A DNA stretch of 64,000 bases from Gemmatimonas sp. (GTDB lineage Bacteria > Gemmatimonadota > Gemmatimonadetes > Gemmatimonadales > Gemmatimonadaceae), in contig OZ257156.1 in assembly GCA_965279375.1 (NCBI GenBank), positions 4,544,001 to 4,608,000 of the forward strand. Reading direction: 5' to 3'. The translations under genes were made by a program, and so were the position numbers. The notes below the pieces were generated by a model. It was not told where the DNA came from and did no database searches. It saw only the letters and a list, made by a program, of their open reading frames with translations. Of this stretch, positions 9,744 to 19,481 are shown one piece after another (within the stretch, counting starts at the first letter, position 1; each line of letters opens with the position of its first letter).

Positions 9744-10585
9744 GTCGGGAAGGCGCGCTGCATGTACCAAGCGATGAGGCGGTCACCCCAAAGCAAGGCC
9801 AGCATCGCAGCAGGCGCAAGGAACACGCCGAACGGCACGTCGGGAAACGCGAACTCGGTCCCATTCCGCTTGGCCCGCACCCACAGCAGAGGTCCCACGG
9901 CGAACAGGAAGAACGTCGCGCCCACGAAGGCACCGCCGACGATCGTCAGCAGCGCACGCTCAGCGCCCAGCGCCGCACCAACCACAGCCATCAGCGTCGT
10001 ATCGCCAAAGCCCATCGCCTCGCGCTGCATCGCCACTTCAGCCAGCCAGCCGATGATGGTGATGGCGCCCGCACCAACACACGCTCCGATGAACGCATTC
10101 CAAGGCGTCGCGAACAGCGACGTCTCGCCCAGAAAGAGTCCGCCGATCGACGCCGCGAGCACCAGCACGAGTCCGGTCAGCGTGAAACCGTCGGGGATGA
10201 GGTAGTGCTTGGCGTCGGTGACGGCGATGCCGAAGAGAATCGTACCGAACACCGCGATGCGCAGCGCCTCGTACGTGACGCCGAAGTACTGCACACACGC
10301 CACCCAGCCCAACGCCACCAGCAGCTCGACCACCGGATATTGCACCGAGATCGGCAGCTCGCAGCCGCGGCACTTGCCACGCAGCAGCAGCCAGCTCAGC
10401 ACCGGAATGTTCTCATGCCACGCGATCGGACGCTCGCAGCGCGGGCAGCGCGAACGCGGCTTGACCACGCTCAGCTCCGCGGGCCAGCGCGAAATGCAGA
10501 CGTTCAGGAACGAGCCCATCGACGCCCCGAGGACGAAAACGGACGCCAGAACGAGTGCAGTCAATTCGGCAGTGAGTGGCGGCAT
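9740..10585 (-). CDS. pilD: Type IV prepilin peptidase/N-methyltransferase (A24)
   Basis: GSFLNVCI.R.P, CPRC and CRGC Zn sites, D..HYLIPD, MGFGD, PFGVFL. Confidence 0.95.
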   Translation of the reverse strand: MPPLTAELTALVLASVFVLGASMGSFLNVCISRWPAELSVVKPRSRCPRCERPIAWHENIPVLSWLLLRGKCRGCELPISVQYPVVELLVALGWVACVQYFGVTYEALRIAVFGTILFGIAVTDAKHYLIPDGFTLTGLVLVLAASIGGLFLGETSLFATPWNAFIGACVGAGAITIIGWLAEVAMQREAMGFGDTTLMAVVGAALGAERALLTIVGGAFVGATFFLFAVGPLLWVRAKRNGTEFAFPDVPFGVFLAPAAMLALLWGDRLIAWYMQRAFPT

Positions 10586-10612
10586 TGGAGCGAAGGAGAG
10601 AGCGGAAACAGT

Positions 10613-11371
10613 TCAGGCAGGACGCAGCGCGTGCAGCAGAATCCCGGTCGCGACAGCGACGTTGAGTGATTCCACCTCGGGCGCCATGCGAATTGCAACC
10701 CGCGCAGTGGCCCGCTCGGCCACCTGCCCGGACAATCCGGCTCCCTCGTTACTCACGGCCAGCGCCAGACGATCCGGCATGTCGGTCACCGCCGCCAGCT
10801 CCACCCCGCCCGTATCCGCCGCCCAGAGCGGAATCCCGTGCGCATCGAGAAATGCGGCGAGATCCGCCCACGAGAGCGGCATGGCGGGGTGCGAGAAGAG
10901 CGCACCCATCGTGCTACGGACGACTTTGGCGTTCCATAGGTCAACGGTTCCCGGCAATGCGATCGTCGCCGTCACGCCCAGGGCGGCCGCCGTCCGCACC
11001 ACGGTCCCCACGTTCCCGGGGTCCTGCAACGCATCCAGCACCAGGAATCGCGCGACGGTCGGCGGGGTATCCAAGCGGCGTTCCGGTATCTCGCCGACCG
11101 CCAGCACCCCCTGCGGGGTATCGGTGTCGGCGGCATCCTCCAACTCCTTGGCCGACACCACCTGTACATGCACGCCCCGCTGCCCGGCCGTCGTCAGCAG
11201 CGCCGCGCCCCGCGCGTCGTCCGCCAGCGACTCCGTGGCAAGCAATCCAACAATCGCGATCGGCGAGGTGAGCAGCGTCTCGACGGTGCGAATCCCTTCT
11301 GCGACGAAACGTTGATGCTTCTCGCGCGCCTTCCGGCGCTGCAGGTCGCGCGCGAGGGTCAGTAGCTTCAC
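10613..11371 (-). CDS. TrmH/SpoU-family RNA 2'-O-methyltransferase
   Basis: LQDPGNVGTVVRTAAALG, SNEGAGLS, ESLNVAVA SPOUT motifs. Confidence 0.92.
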   Translation of the reverse strand: MKLLTLARDLQRRKAREKHQRFVAEGIRTVETLLTSPIAIVGLLATESLADDARGAALLTTAGQRGVHVQVVSAKELEDAADTDTPQGVLAVGEIPERRLDTPPTVARFLVLDALQDPGNVGTVVRTAAALGVTATIALPGTVDLWNAKVVRSTMGALFSHPAMPLSWADLAAFLDAHGIPLWAADTGGVELAAVTDMPDRLALAVSNEGAGLSGQVAERATARVAIRMAPEVESLNVAVATGILLHALRPA

Positions 11372-11423
11372 GAAGACCGGTCCTGGAAACGAGACGACAA
11401 TGCCTGTGACTCCCGCCCTGAAT

Positions 11424-12272
11424 ATGCCGCGACGCTCGCCAAGCGCGATCACGAAGCGCCGCCGACTGGTGCCCCGTATCGCCGCCGCCGCGTTAGTGCT
11501 CCTCGCTGGCGCCTGCGTGGCGTCCACGCAGCAAGAGCTCAAGCTCGGCGCCGACTACGCCGCCCAGATCAACCAGCAGCTCCCGATCGTCCGCGATCCC
11601 GAAACGGTCCGCTACATCAATCTGCTCGGCGATTCCATCGCCCGCGTCTCCGACAACCGCGGCTTGCAATGGCAGTTCAACGTCGTGGACGAAAGCGACA
11701 TCAACGCCTTCGCCGTTCCCGGCGGCTACATCTACGTCAATCGCGGACTGATCGAGCGCGCCAAGAATATGTCCGAACTCGCGGGCGTGCTCGGCCACGA
11801 AATCGCGCACGTGACGCAGCGGCACAGCATGCAACAAATGGCCAAGAGTCAGCAGGCCAGCTACGGCGCCCTCGGACTCTGCGTCGCGTTCCCCTCGTTC
11901 TGCAACAGCGGGCTTGGCAACGCAGCCATTCAGTACGGCGGTGGCGCGATGTTCGCCAAATTCAGCCGCAACGACGAAACCGATGCCGATCGCTTCGGCG
12001 TCACCTACGTCACGCGCGCCGGTATCGACCCGCGTGGCATGCCGTCCATGTTTCGCACGCTCTTGGCTGAACGAAAGTCCAACCCGACTGCGCTCGATGC
12101 TTGGTTCGCTTCGCACCCACTCGAGGAGGATCGCGTGGTCGTGACCGAAGGCGAAATCGCCAAGATCGATCCGGTCATCCTGAAGACGCTCACGCGCGAC
12201 ACGCCGGCCTTCCAACGCTTCAAGGCGCGCCTCGCCACACTGCCGCGCACGCCACCCAAGCCCACGCGCTAG
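11424..12272 (+). CDS. M48 family metalloprotease lipoprotein
   Basis: Lipobox LAGAC; INAFAVPGG, LGHEIAHV, FSRNDETDAD, SHP motifs. Confidence 0.92.
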   Translation: MPRRSPSAITKRRRLVPRIAAAALVLLAGACVASTQQELKLGADYAAQINQQLPIVRDPETVRYINLLGDSIARVSDNRGLQWQFNVVDESDINAFAVPGGYIYVNRGLIERAKNMSELAGVLGHEIAHVTQRHSMQQMAKSQQASYGALGLCVAFPSFCNSGLGNAAIQYGGGAMFAKFSRNDETDADRFGVTYVTRAGIDPRGMPSMFRTLLAERKSNPTALDAWFASHPLEEDRVVVTEGEIAKIDPVILKTLTRDTPAFQRFKARLATLPRTPPKPTR

Positions 12273-12286
12273 CGCGAGTTTTGGCG

Positions 12287-13174
12287 TTACGGCAAGCGAC
12301 GCACGAACTCCGCGATCAGCCCTTCGAACTGCGCGGCAACGGCGCGACCGGTTTCCATCACTTCCGAGTGGTCGAGCGGCTCGAGCGACATGCCGGCCGC
12401 CTTGTTGGTGATGCACGAAACGGCAGCAACGCGCATCCCGAGTGCACGAGCAACGATCACTTCGGGTACGGTGCTCATCCCGACGGCATCCACGCCCAGC
12501 TTCTCCAGCATGCGCACCTCGGCCGGCGTCTCGTACGTCGGGCCGAGGAGGCCGCAATAGACCCCGTCGCGCAACGTCAGCCCGATCGCCTGCGCCGATT
12601 CATGCAGCAACGCGCGCAGTGACCGATCGTATGGCTCGGACATGTCGGGGAAGCGTTGGTCGCCGTTCTCGGTCGGACCGATGAGCGGGTTGCGATACAT
12701 CAGGTTCAGGTGATCGGCGATCACCATGAGGTCGCCCGGATCGAACGTGCGACACACGCCACCGGCCGCGTTCGACGCGAGATACACGCCGGCCCCCAGC
12801 GCAGATAGGACGCGCACCGGGAAGGCGGCCAACGCCGCATCGTGCCCTTCGTACATGTGAAACCGGCCGGCCATCGCCACGATCGGGCGCCCGCTCAGCG
12901 AGCCCACGATCAACTGCCCCGCGTGTCCTGCGACCGTCGCGCTCGGGAAACCCGGGATGTGCGAGAACGGAATGCGCACGGCATCATCGATCTTCTCGGC
13001 CAGGCCACCCAACCCGGAGCCGAGCACGATGCCGCAGACGGGCGTCGGCATCACACCGGCCTTGGAGACGTTGCCCACACGCTGGCGAATGTACTCCGCT
13101 GCTGCGCGCGCCTGCGCCGTACCCATCGCCAGCGGCTGCGCGTGAAAGCTCGCCGTCTCGAAGGCGTTAATCAT
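12287..13174 (-). CDS. punA: Purine-nucleoside phosphorylase, trimeric inosine/guanosine type
   Basis: VLGSGLG, GHAG, GRFHMYEG, GPTYETPAE, GMSTVPE, ITNKAAG; ATGA overlap with add. Confidence 0.95.
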   Translation of the reverse strand: MINAFETASFHAQPLAMGTAQARAAAEYIRQRVGNVSKAGVMPTPVCGIVLGSGLGGLAEKIDDAVRIPFSHIPGFPSATVAGHAGQLIVGSLSGRPIVAMAGRFHMYEGHDAALAAFPVRVLSALGAGVYLASNAAGGVCRTFDPGDLMVIADHLNLMYRNPLIGPTENGDQRFPDMSEPYDRSLRALLHESAQAIGLTLRDGVYCGLLGPTYETPAEVRMLEKLGVDAVGMSTVPEVIVARALGMRVAAVSCITNKAAGMSLEPLDHSEVMETGRAVAAQFEGLIAEFVRRLP

Positions 13175-14259
13175 GCGCGCACCTCCTCGAACTCCGCGAT
13201 GGGGCCGACGTCGGCGAGCAGTTGCGACATCTCTCGGCTCGCCGCGTTGCGCAGCGCCCGGCGTTCGGCGAGCGGCAGAAACGCGGCGTCGAACGCCGAG
13301 AGCGCCAAGCGCGAAAGCATCGGCAGGTCGTACCGCAAATGCTCGGCGCACTGCCGGAACTCGTCGGTGAGCGTCACGCCACTCATCAGGCGATTGTCGG
13401 TGTTGATCGTGACGACGGCACCAAGCTCCACATAGCGCGCCAGCTGATGCTCCGCAAACGAGACCGACACACGCGTCTGCACGTTGCTCGTGGGACACAA
13501 CTCCAGCGGGATCTGGCGATCGACCACGTACGCTTCCAGCGACGGATCCTCGTAGAGGCGTGTGCCGTGCCCGATGCGATCCGCGCCGCAGCGATGGATC
13601 GCGTCGCGAATGGAATGCGGCCCGTCGCCTTCACCCGCGTGCACCGTGATGGCCAGATCGTGCCAACGCGCAAACTCGAACGCCGGCGAATGGGCATGCG
13701 CCGGATTGCCCAGCTCTCCCCCAGCCAGGTCGAACGCCACGACGCCTTTGCCCTTGAACGCCACCGCGAGTTCGGCCATCTCCAACGAATGTGGTGCGGG
13801 CAGATTGCGCAGTGCACAAACGATGGCGCGCGCGATCGTTCCCGTCTCGCGCTCGCCACGATGGAGTCCCTTGAGCACCGCTCGCACCACGTCGTCGGCG
13901 GCGAGCCCACCGCGCGTATTCAGCTCCGGGCAAAATCGCACTTCGATGTAGCGCACACCGTCGAGCGCCGCATCCAGGACCAGTTCATGCGCGATGCGCT
14001 CGAGCGAAACGGCGTCCTGCATGACGGCGAGCGTCACGTCGAAGCGCGCGAGGTAGTCCCCGAGATCGCGCGCATCATCCACCCGCATCCAGTGGCCGAG
14101 TTCCGCCGATGTCGCGACCGGGAGCGTCACGCCCTGTGTGACCGAGAGCTCGTAGAGCGTGGATGGACGCAGCGAGCCGTCCAGATGGCAGTGCAGCTCG
14201 GCCTTCGGCATGCGCTGAATGATCTCTAGGAATGCGCTCGAGATGGTCGGCGCCGTCAT
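13171..14259 (-). CDS. add: Adenosine deaminase
   Basis: PKAELHCHLDGS, TVHAGE, RIGHG, CPTSN, NTDN amidohydrolase motifs. Confidence 0.96.
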   Translation of the reverse strand: MTAPTISSAFLEIIQRMPKAELHCHLDGSLRPSTLYELSVTQGVTLPVATSAELGHWMRVDDARDLGDYLARFDVTLAVMQDAVSLERIAHELVLDAALDGVRYIEVRFCPELNTRGGLAADDVVRAVLKGLHRGERETGTIARAIVCALRNLPAPHSLEMAELAVAFKGKGVVAFDLAGGELGNPAHAHSPAFEFARWHDLAITVHAGEGDGPHSIRDAIHRCGADRIGHGTRLYEDPSLEAYVVDRQIPLELCPTSNVQTRVSVSFAEHQLARYVELGAVVTINTDNRLMSGVTLTDEFRQCAEHLRYDLPMLSRLALSAFDAAFLPLAERRALRNAASREMSQLLADVGPIAEFEEVRA

Positions 14260-14495
14260 TCAGTCACCTCGCTGCGATCTCGGACCGGAAGCACGCGGAA
14301 TATCGCGCCGCCGTGGAGCAGCGTGTCCGCGTCGATCGGCAACCCACGGCTGTCGGTAACGCGCGAGCGGCCAGCCTCGATGTCGTCGGCTTGCTCGGGG
14401 AAGAGCGCGCGGACGGCGTCGATCGCACGCCCACCGGCTGCTACCGAGACGCCGCGTTCGTTCACATATACCCGCAGAGTACCATCGTCGATCAT
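14256..14495 (-). CDS. Small protein, probable beta-grasp (ThiS/MoaD/TGS-like) fold
   Basis: LRVYVNERGVSV...DTLLHGGAIFRVL pattern; its stop overlaps the add start (ATGA). Confidence 0.65.
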   Translation of the reverse strand: MIDDGTLRVYVNERGVSVAAGGRAIDAVRALFPEQADDIEAGRSRVTDSRGLPIDADTLLHGGAIFRVLPVRDRSEVTE

Positions 14496-14612
14496 TTGCT
14501 GATCCAGGTCATCAGGATAGAAACACCACCGGCAGACACGCCCCGGTCACACAGGATGCTAGCAGTACCGGCCTCCCCTCGCACCTCGTCTCGCGCGTGA
14601 GCCACGCGCAAC

Positions 14613-16391
14613 TCACGGCGGCGTCCTCGCGCTGTCGCGACGGGCCGGCGCGCTTCCACCCGCTTCCGCCGCCCGACCGCGCGTTTGCTCGGCAAACGCC
14701 GCGGCGACGGCCGCCGCCGGCTCGATGCGCCAATTGCGCGAAGCGTATCGCGCTGGCTCCACCGAACCCGTGCGCTCACTCTCGCGTCGCACTTCGTCGA
14801 TCACCAACTGGCGGATATCGATTTCCTGCTGAAAGACGACAGGCGCGCCGGATAGCATCGCATAACCACCGCCGCCGCTCTGGCGATAGTTGTTGAGCGC
14901 CATGGTGAAGCTGTCCGTCGCTGCAATCGCGCGTCCGTTGCGTGTGAGCGAGGTAATTCGCGCGCCCACCGGCTGCCGCAAATCGATCACGTACTCCACG
15001 CCCGAGACGACGTCGAAATTGAAGCCCGGCACGGAGGGGTCGATGATGCCGCCCGGTGGCACCGTTCCGTCGGGCTGTAACGTGCGGTAGTGGCGCGAGG
15101 AGTGCTCGAGGAAGGCACGCAGCTGTGCGCCAGAGACGCGGACCGCGCGCAGCGTGTTCTCGTACGGATACAGCCGCGACAGCGAGGCCTGCGTAATCGG
15201 CCCCGCGTCCAGTCCGGCGTCGAGCGAGAATGCGGCGGTCGCCGACAGCTCCGCGCCGGCGGCCTTTCTCATCACCGCGTTCACCAGGTCGGTGATCGGC
15301 GCATCCACCACTCGCGCACTGTCCGCCCGCCACGGCACGCTGGTGCGACCGATCGGTGTGTTTACCCACGCCACAGTCGCGCGGTGCGTGCCCGCTGACG
15401 CCGAGAGCACTGCGGGCGACTCACGATGCCCTGCCACGCGCACTGACTGCCCACGGTGCGCCACCACCTGCCATTTCCGCTTCACACGCTCCAGCGTCAA
15501 CGTGGCCACCGCCACTGACGCCGCCCAGTTACGCGGCTGCACCAGCAGCGCGCCGTTGATGGTCGAATCCACCAGCTCTCGGTGCGAGTGACCGAACACC
15601 ACCAGGTCGATCCCGTCGATCTCGCGCGGCACACGGGCCGCCACGTTCTCCGACGGCAGCCCGGTCGCCACCGTGTCGTAGCTCGCTGCCTCGTTGAGCC
15701 CCGAATGCAAAAGCACCACAACCACGTCCGCCTTGCGCTTGCGAACCTCGGCCACCGCTGCCTTCACCGACGTCACGATGTCCGTCACGCGGAGCGACGC
15801 AGCGCTCAGGTTCTCCTTGTCCCACAGCATCGAGCCCGGCGTCGTACCGCCGATGATGGCAATGCGCACACCCTGTCGCAGCACCATGGTGTACGGCGCG
15901 ACGAACGGCCGTCCCTTCTCGTCGACCACATTCGCCGCGAGAAACGGAAAGGCCGCGCGCCCGATGGCCGCCTGCAGCGTCGGCACGCCGTAGTTGAACT
16001 CGTGATTGCCCAGCACCGCCGCATCGTAGCGCATCACGTTCATGGCGGCGATCACCGGATGCACAGGCGGTGGCGTCACGCGGGCGGCGACGTACAGCAG
16101 CGGATTCCCCTGCAGCAGGTCGCCACCGTCCACCAGCAACACACGGTCGGGGTTGGCACTGCGCACCGAATCCACGATCGTGGCGGCCCCAGCCAGCGAA
16201 CGAGCGGGATCGGCCGCGTTCGCGAAGTAGTCCCAACCGCGGATGCGCCCGTGCACATCCGTGGTCGCGGTAACCACCAAGTCCATCCGCTGTGCCGCCA
16301 CGGCCGTGGGCCATACACCGGCCATCACGCCGAGCATGACGCGGAGTACACCCGCTCGCTGGCGCGATCTCGTCCGTCGTGTGCCTGTCAT
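14613..16391 (-). CDS. Exported CpdB/UshA-family metallophosphoesterase (2',3'-cyclic-nucleotide phosphodiesterase / nucleotidase)
   Basis: Signal peptide; TTDVHG, DGGDLLQG, GNHEFNYG, GHSH; C-terminal LYPYEN, NNYR..GGGGY. Confidence 0.9.
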   Translation of the reverse strand: MTGTRRTRSRQRAGVLRVMLGVMAGVWPTAVAAQRMDLVVTATTDVHGRIRGWDYFANAADPARSLAGAATIVDSVRSANPDRVLLVDGGDLLQGNPLLYVAARVTPPPVHPVIAAMNVMRYDAAVLGNHEFNYGVPTLQAAIGRAAFPFLAANVVDEKGRPFVAPYTMVLRQGVRIAIIGGTTPGSMLWDKENLSAASLRVTDIVTSVKAAVAEVRKRKADVVVVLLHSGLNEAASYDTVATGLPSENVAARVPREIDGIDLVVFGHSHRELVDSTINGALLVQPRNWAASVAVATLTLERVKRKWQVVAHRGQSVRVAGHRESPAVLSASAGTHRATVAWVNTPIGRTSVPWRADSARVVDAPITDLVNAVMRKAAGAELSATAAFSLDAGLDAGPITQASLSRLYPYENTLRAVRVSGAQLRAFLEHSSRHYRTLQPDGTVPPGGIIDPSVPGFNFDVVSGVEYVIDLRQPVGARITSLTRNGRAIAATDSFTMALNNYRQSGGGGYAMLSGAPVVFQQEIDIRQLVIDEVRRESERTGSVEPARYASRNWRIEPAAAVAAAFAEQTRGRAAEAGGSAPARRDSARTPP

Positions 16392-16513
16392 CTGCGAATC
16401 CTAGCCGTGCGCGGGGTCGCATGGGACTGCCGAGCGGGTGGTCTCCGTTGCCCCTGCCCTCAACGGCCGCCAACTTCACAGCACGCGTGCACCCTATGTC
16501 GGCTCCGGCCGCC

Positions 16514-16542
16514 GATACGCACCCGTTACACCGTCGTGGCAT
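16514..16542 (+). promoter_or_regulatory. Putative Pho-type box (three degenerate half-sites, 11-bp period) upstream of udk-phoB-phoR
   Basis: GATACGC-accc-GTTACAC-cgtc-GTGGCAT. Confidence 0.45.
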
Positions 16543-16603
16543 GCCGGACACGACCCCCTACCACCCTACTCACCGTGTCGTGTTTGAACCGGGACGTGAC
16601 GTC

Positions 16604-17278
16604 ATGAAGCCGCTCATCATTGGGATCGCCGGCGGAACGGGCTCGGGGAAGTCCACAGTCGCACGCAGAGTCGCGGAAGCCTTGCCGGATTCATCGGTCG
16701 CGTTTCTCGAGATGGATGCGTACTACCGGGACTTTCGACACCTCACGCTGGCGCAGCTGCATCGCGTCAACTGGGATCATCCGGATGCGTTCGACGTGGA
16801 GCTCCTCACGGAGCACCTGACGGCATTGGGGAAGGGCGAGGCGGTGGACATGCCGGTCTACGAGTTTGCGACGCATTCCCGCAGTGCTCGTACCCGACGC
16901 ATCGAGCCGGCGGACGTAGTCGTGATCGATGGCATCCTGCTCCTCGCGGACGAACGCGTGCGCGATCTGTGCGATGTGAAGGTGTTCGTGGATGCAGATG
17001 CTGACATTCGGCTGGTGCGGCGGATTCGGCGTGATACGTCCGTTCGTGGTCGCTCGCTGGAGTCGGTGCTGGAGCAGTATCTGACGACGGTGCAGCCGAT
17101 GCACTGTCAGTTCGTTGAACCAAGCAAACGCTATGCCGATGTCATCGTTCCGCGCGGCGGCAGCAATTTGGTCGCCATCGAGATGATCGTCGCAAAAATC
17201 CAACGGCGCGTCAGTGCACGCACAGCGGCGCGCACGCCCGCGTTCGTTCCCACTGTCGCTGACATCAGCTCTGCATGA
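16604..17278 (+). CDS. udk: Uridine kinase
   Basis: IIGIAGGTGSGKST, NWDHPDAFD, RRIRRD..RGRS, FVEPSKRYADVIVP. Confidence 0.96.
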   Translation: MKPLIIGIAGGTGSGKSTVARRVAEALPDSSVAFLEMDAYYRDFRHLTLAQLHRVNWDHPDAFDVELLTEHLTALGKGEAVDMPVYEFATHSRSARTRRIEPADVVVIDGILLLADERVRDLCDVKVFVDADADIRLVRRIRRDTSVRGRSLESVLEQYLTTVQPMHCQFVEPSKRYADVIVPRGGSNLVAIEMIVAKIQRRVSARTAARTPAFVPTVADISSA

Positions 17279-17994
17279 ATCCCGCTCCGCCGTCCGCAGA
17301 TCGCATCCTCGTGGTTGACGATGAGCCCGAGATCGTCGCCCTCGTCACGTATCATCTCGCCAAGACGGGGTACCGGATCTCGACGGCCGCCTCTGGCCAG
17401 GACGCGCTCGACATCGCTCGTCGAGAGCGCCCCTCGCTCATCGTCCTCGACCTGATGCTGCCGGGCATGTCCGGTTTCGACGTGCTGGAACAGCTGCGCA
17501 CCGACGACGCCACCCGCGACATGGCGGTGCTCATGCTCACCGCGCGCCGCGAAGAGCCCGATCGTATCCGCGGTCTCTCACTCGGCGCCGACGACTACCT
17601 GACCAAGCCGTTCAGCCCGCAGGAGTTGGTGTTGCGGGTCGGCGCGATCCTGCGGCGCGCCGGCACGGCCCCGACGGCCAGCACCGACAGCTTCGCCATC
17701 GGACCGCTGCGTATCGACCGCGCCGCCATGACGGTGATCGTGGACGATCGCCCGGTGGAACTCACCCCCACCGAGTTCAAGCTGCTGCTCACGCTCGCTG
17801 AACGCCGCGGTCGCGTTCAGGGACGTGGACATCTGCTGGAGACGGTGTGGGAGGCGGCGCCCGACATTCAGACGCGCACCGTGGACATGCACATTCAGCG
17901 GCTCCGCACCAAGCTCGGTGCAGCCGGCGACATGATCGAAACCGTACGAGGCTTCGGCTATCGTTTGCGTGCCGCTGCATCACGCAGCGTCTGA
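17275..17994 (+). CDS. phoB: OmpR-family response regulator, PhoB/PhoP type
   Basis: Receiver (VDDE, LDLMLP, KPFS) plus wHTH (TRTVDMHIQRLRTKL, ETVRGFGY); near pst genes. Confidence 0.88.
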   Translation: MNPAPPSADRILVVDDEPEIVALVTYHLAKTGYRISTAASGQDALDIARRERPSLIVLDLMLPGMSGFDVLEQLRTDDATRDMAVLMLTARREEPDRIRGLSLGADDYLTKPFSPQELVLRVGAILRRAGTAPTASTDSFAIGPLRIDRAAMTVIVDDRPVELTPTEFKLLLTLAERRGRVQGRGHLLETVWEAAPDIQTRTVDMHIQRLRTKLGAAGDMIETVRGFGYRLRAAASRSV

Positions 17995-18019
17995 GCCGGC
18001 GTTCGCGTAACCCGCGTAC

Positions 18020-19432
18020 GTGAGACTCACTCAACGGCTCGTTCTCAACACCTTCATCGTCGCGACGCTGCTCGTCGCGGTGGTGCTCGTAGTGGTCGAG
18101 CGTCGCGTCACCGAGCGCGTACGGTCGGAAGGACCCACGGCGACCGCAGTCTCGAGCGACGAATTCCTTGCGCGCACACGCCGCGACATCGTCTTTGCGG
18201 GTGTCGCCGTGCTCCTCGTCGGCATTGGCCTGGCGCGCGTGCTGGCCCGACCGGTGGCGCGCCCCATCGAAGAGTTGCGCGATGTGGCGCGTGCACTCGC
18301 GGCCGGCGATCTCACGCGCCGCCCCACGCTGCTCGCTGCGGGTGAGGTCGGTGACCTCGCCGATGCCCTGCGTCGCCTCGCGGAGCAGCTGGACAATCGC
18401 ATTCAGGCGTTGCGCGCCGAAGAAGAGCTGCTCGTGGCGCTCACCGAATCACTGAACGAAGGCGTCATCGCCGTCGATGTGCGTCAGCGCGTGGTGCGCA
18501 TGAACGAGACCGCTCGCACCTTGCTCCGCATTCGGGAACCTGTGCCGTTCCCCGCCGAATACCTCCCGCGCGACCGCACGCTGCGTGAGGCGCTCTCCTC
18601 GGTGCTCGCGGGAAGCGACGCATCACCGGGGGAAGTGCGCGTGGATGATCGCACGCTCTCGCTCACCGCGCGCCCACTGCCCGCCGGCGGCGCCATTCTC
18701 GCGCTCTACGATTTGACGCCGTTCCGTCGTCTCGAGGCGGTGCGGCGCGATTTCGTCGCCAACGTGTCGCACGAGCTCCGTACGCCGCTCACGGTGATCA
18801 GCGGCTTTGTGGAAACGATGGAAGACGACGACCTGCCCGTCGAACTGCGTCGGCAGTTTCTCGGCATGGTGTCGGCGAACGTGCGTCGGATGCAGCGTAT
18901 CGTGGACGACCTGCTCGACCTCTCGCGCATCGAGTCTGGCGGTTGGCTCCCCAACCCCACCGAGCTCGATGTGGCATCGCTGGCGGCGGAAGTCGTCTCG
19001 CCGATGCTCGATGCTGCCGCGGCAAAGGGCGTGGTGCTGCGCGCGGACGTGGCCCCCGACGCCACAACGATCTACTGCGACTCCACCGCCGCGCGGCAGA
19101 TTATGAGCAATCTGACCGAGAACGCACTTCGCCACACGATGACAGGCGAAGTTGTGCTGTTCACGTGTACTGAGGACGGCGGCACGTGGATGGGCGTGCG
19201 TGACACGGGGATCGGCATCAGCTCAGAGCATCTGCCACGCATCTTCGAGCGTTTCTACCGGGCCGATCCGGGCCGCTCACGCGAAGCCGGGGGCACGGGG
19301 CTCGGTCTCGCGATCGTGCGCCATCTGGCGGAAGCGCACGGCGGTCGGGTTCGGGCCGAGAGCGAGCCGGGAATCGGCACCACGATCGCCGCGTGGTTTC
19401 CCGTCGCCACCGCGGATTCCTCCGCGAGTTGA
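18020..19432 (+). CDS. phoR: PhoR-type sensor histidine kinase (TM, HAMP, PAS-like, HisKA, HATPase)
   Basis: RRDFVANVSHELRTPLT, HLPRIFERFYRAD..RSREAGGTGLGLAIV. Confidence 0.88.
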   Translation: MRLTQRLVLNTFIVATLLVAVVLVVVERRVTERVRSEGPTATAVSSDEFLARTRRDIVFAGVAVLLVGIGLARVLARPVARPIEELRDVARALAAGDLTRRPTLLAAGEVGDLADALRRLAEQLDNRIQALRAEEELLVALTESLNEGVIAVDVRQRVVRMNETARTLLRIREPVPFPAEYLPRDRTLREALSSVLAGSDASPGEVRVDDRTLSLTARPLPAGGAILALYDLTPFRRLEAVRRDFVANVSHELRTPLTVISGFVETMEDDDLPVELRRQFLGMVSANVRRMQRIVDDLLDLSRIESGGWLPNPTELDVASLAAEVVSPMLDAAAAKGVVLRADVAPDATTIYCDSTAARQIMSNLTENALRHTMTGEVVLFTCTEDGGTWMGVRDTGIGISSEHLPRIFERFYRADPGRSREAGGTGLGLAIVRHLAEAHGGRVRAESEPGIGTTIAAWFPVATADSSAS

Positions 19433-19481
19433 CGCGGAACGCGGGCCGTCGACCGCGGGGCCAGCATCGGCCATCCAGCAG

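Noticed and set aside
14492..14779. 95-aa ORF overlapping the nucleotidase 3' end, a possible frameshifted tail
   Set aside because: The nucleotidase C-terminal domain looks complete, and the ORF is Arg-rich and featureless
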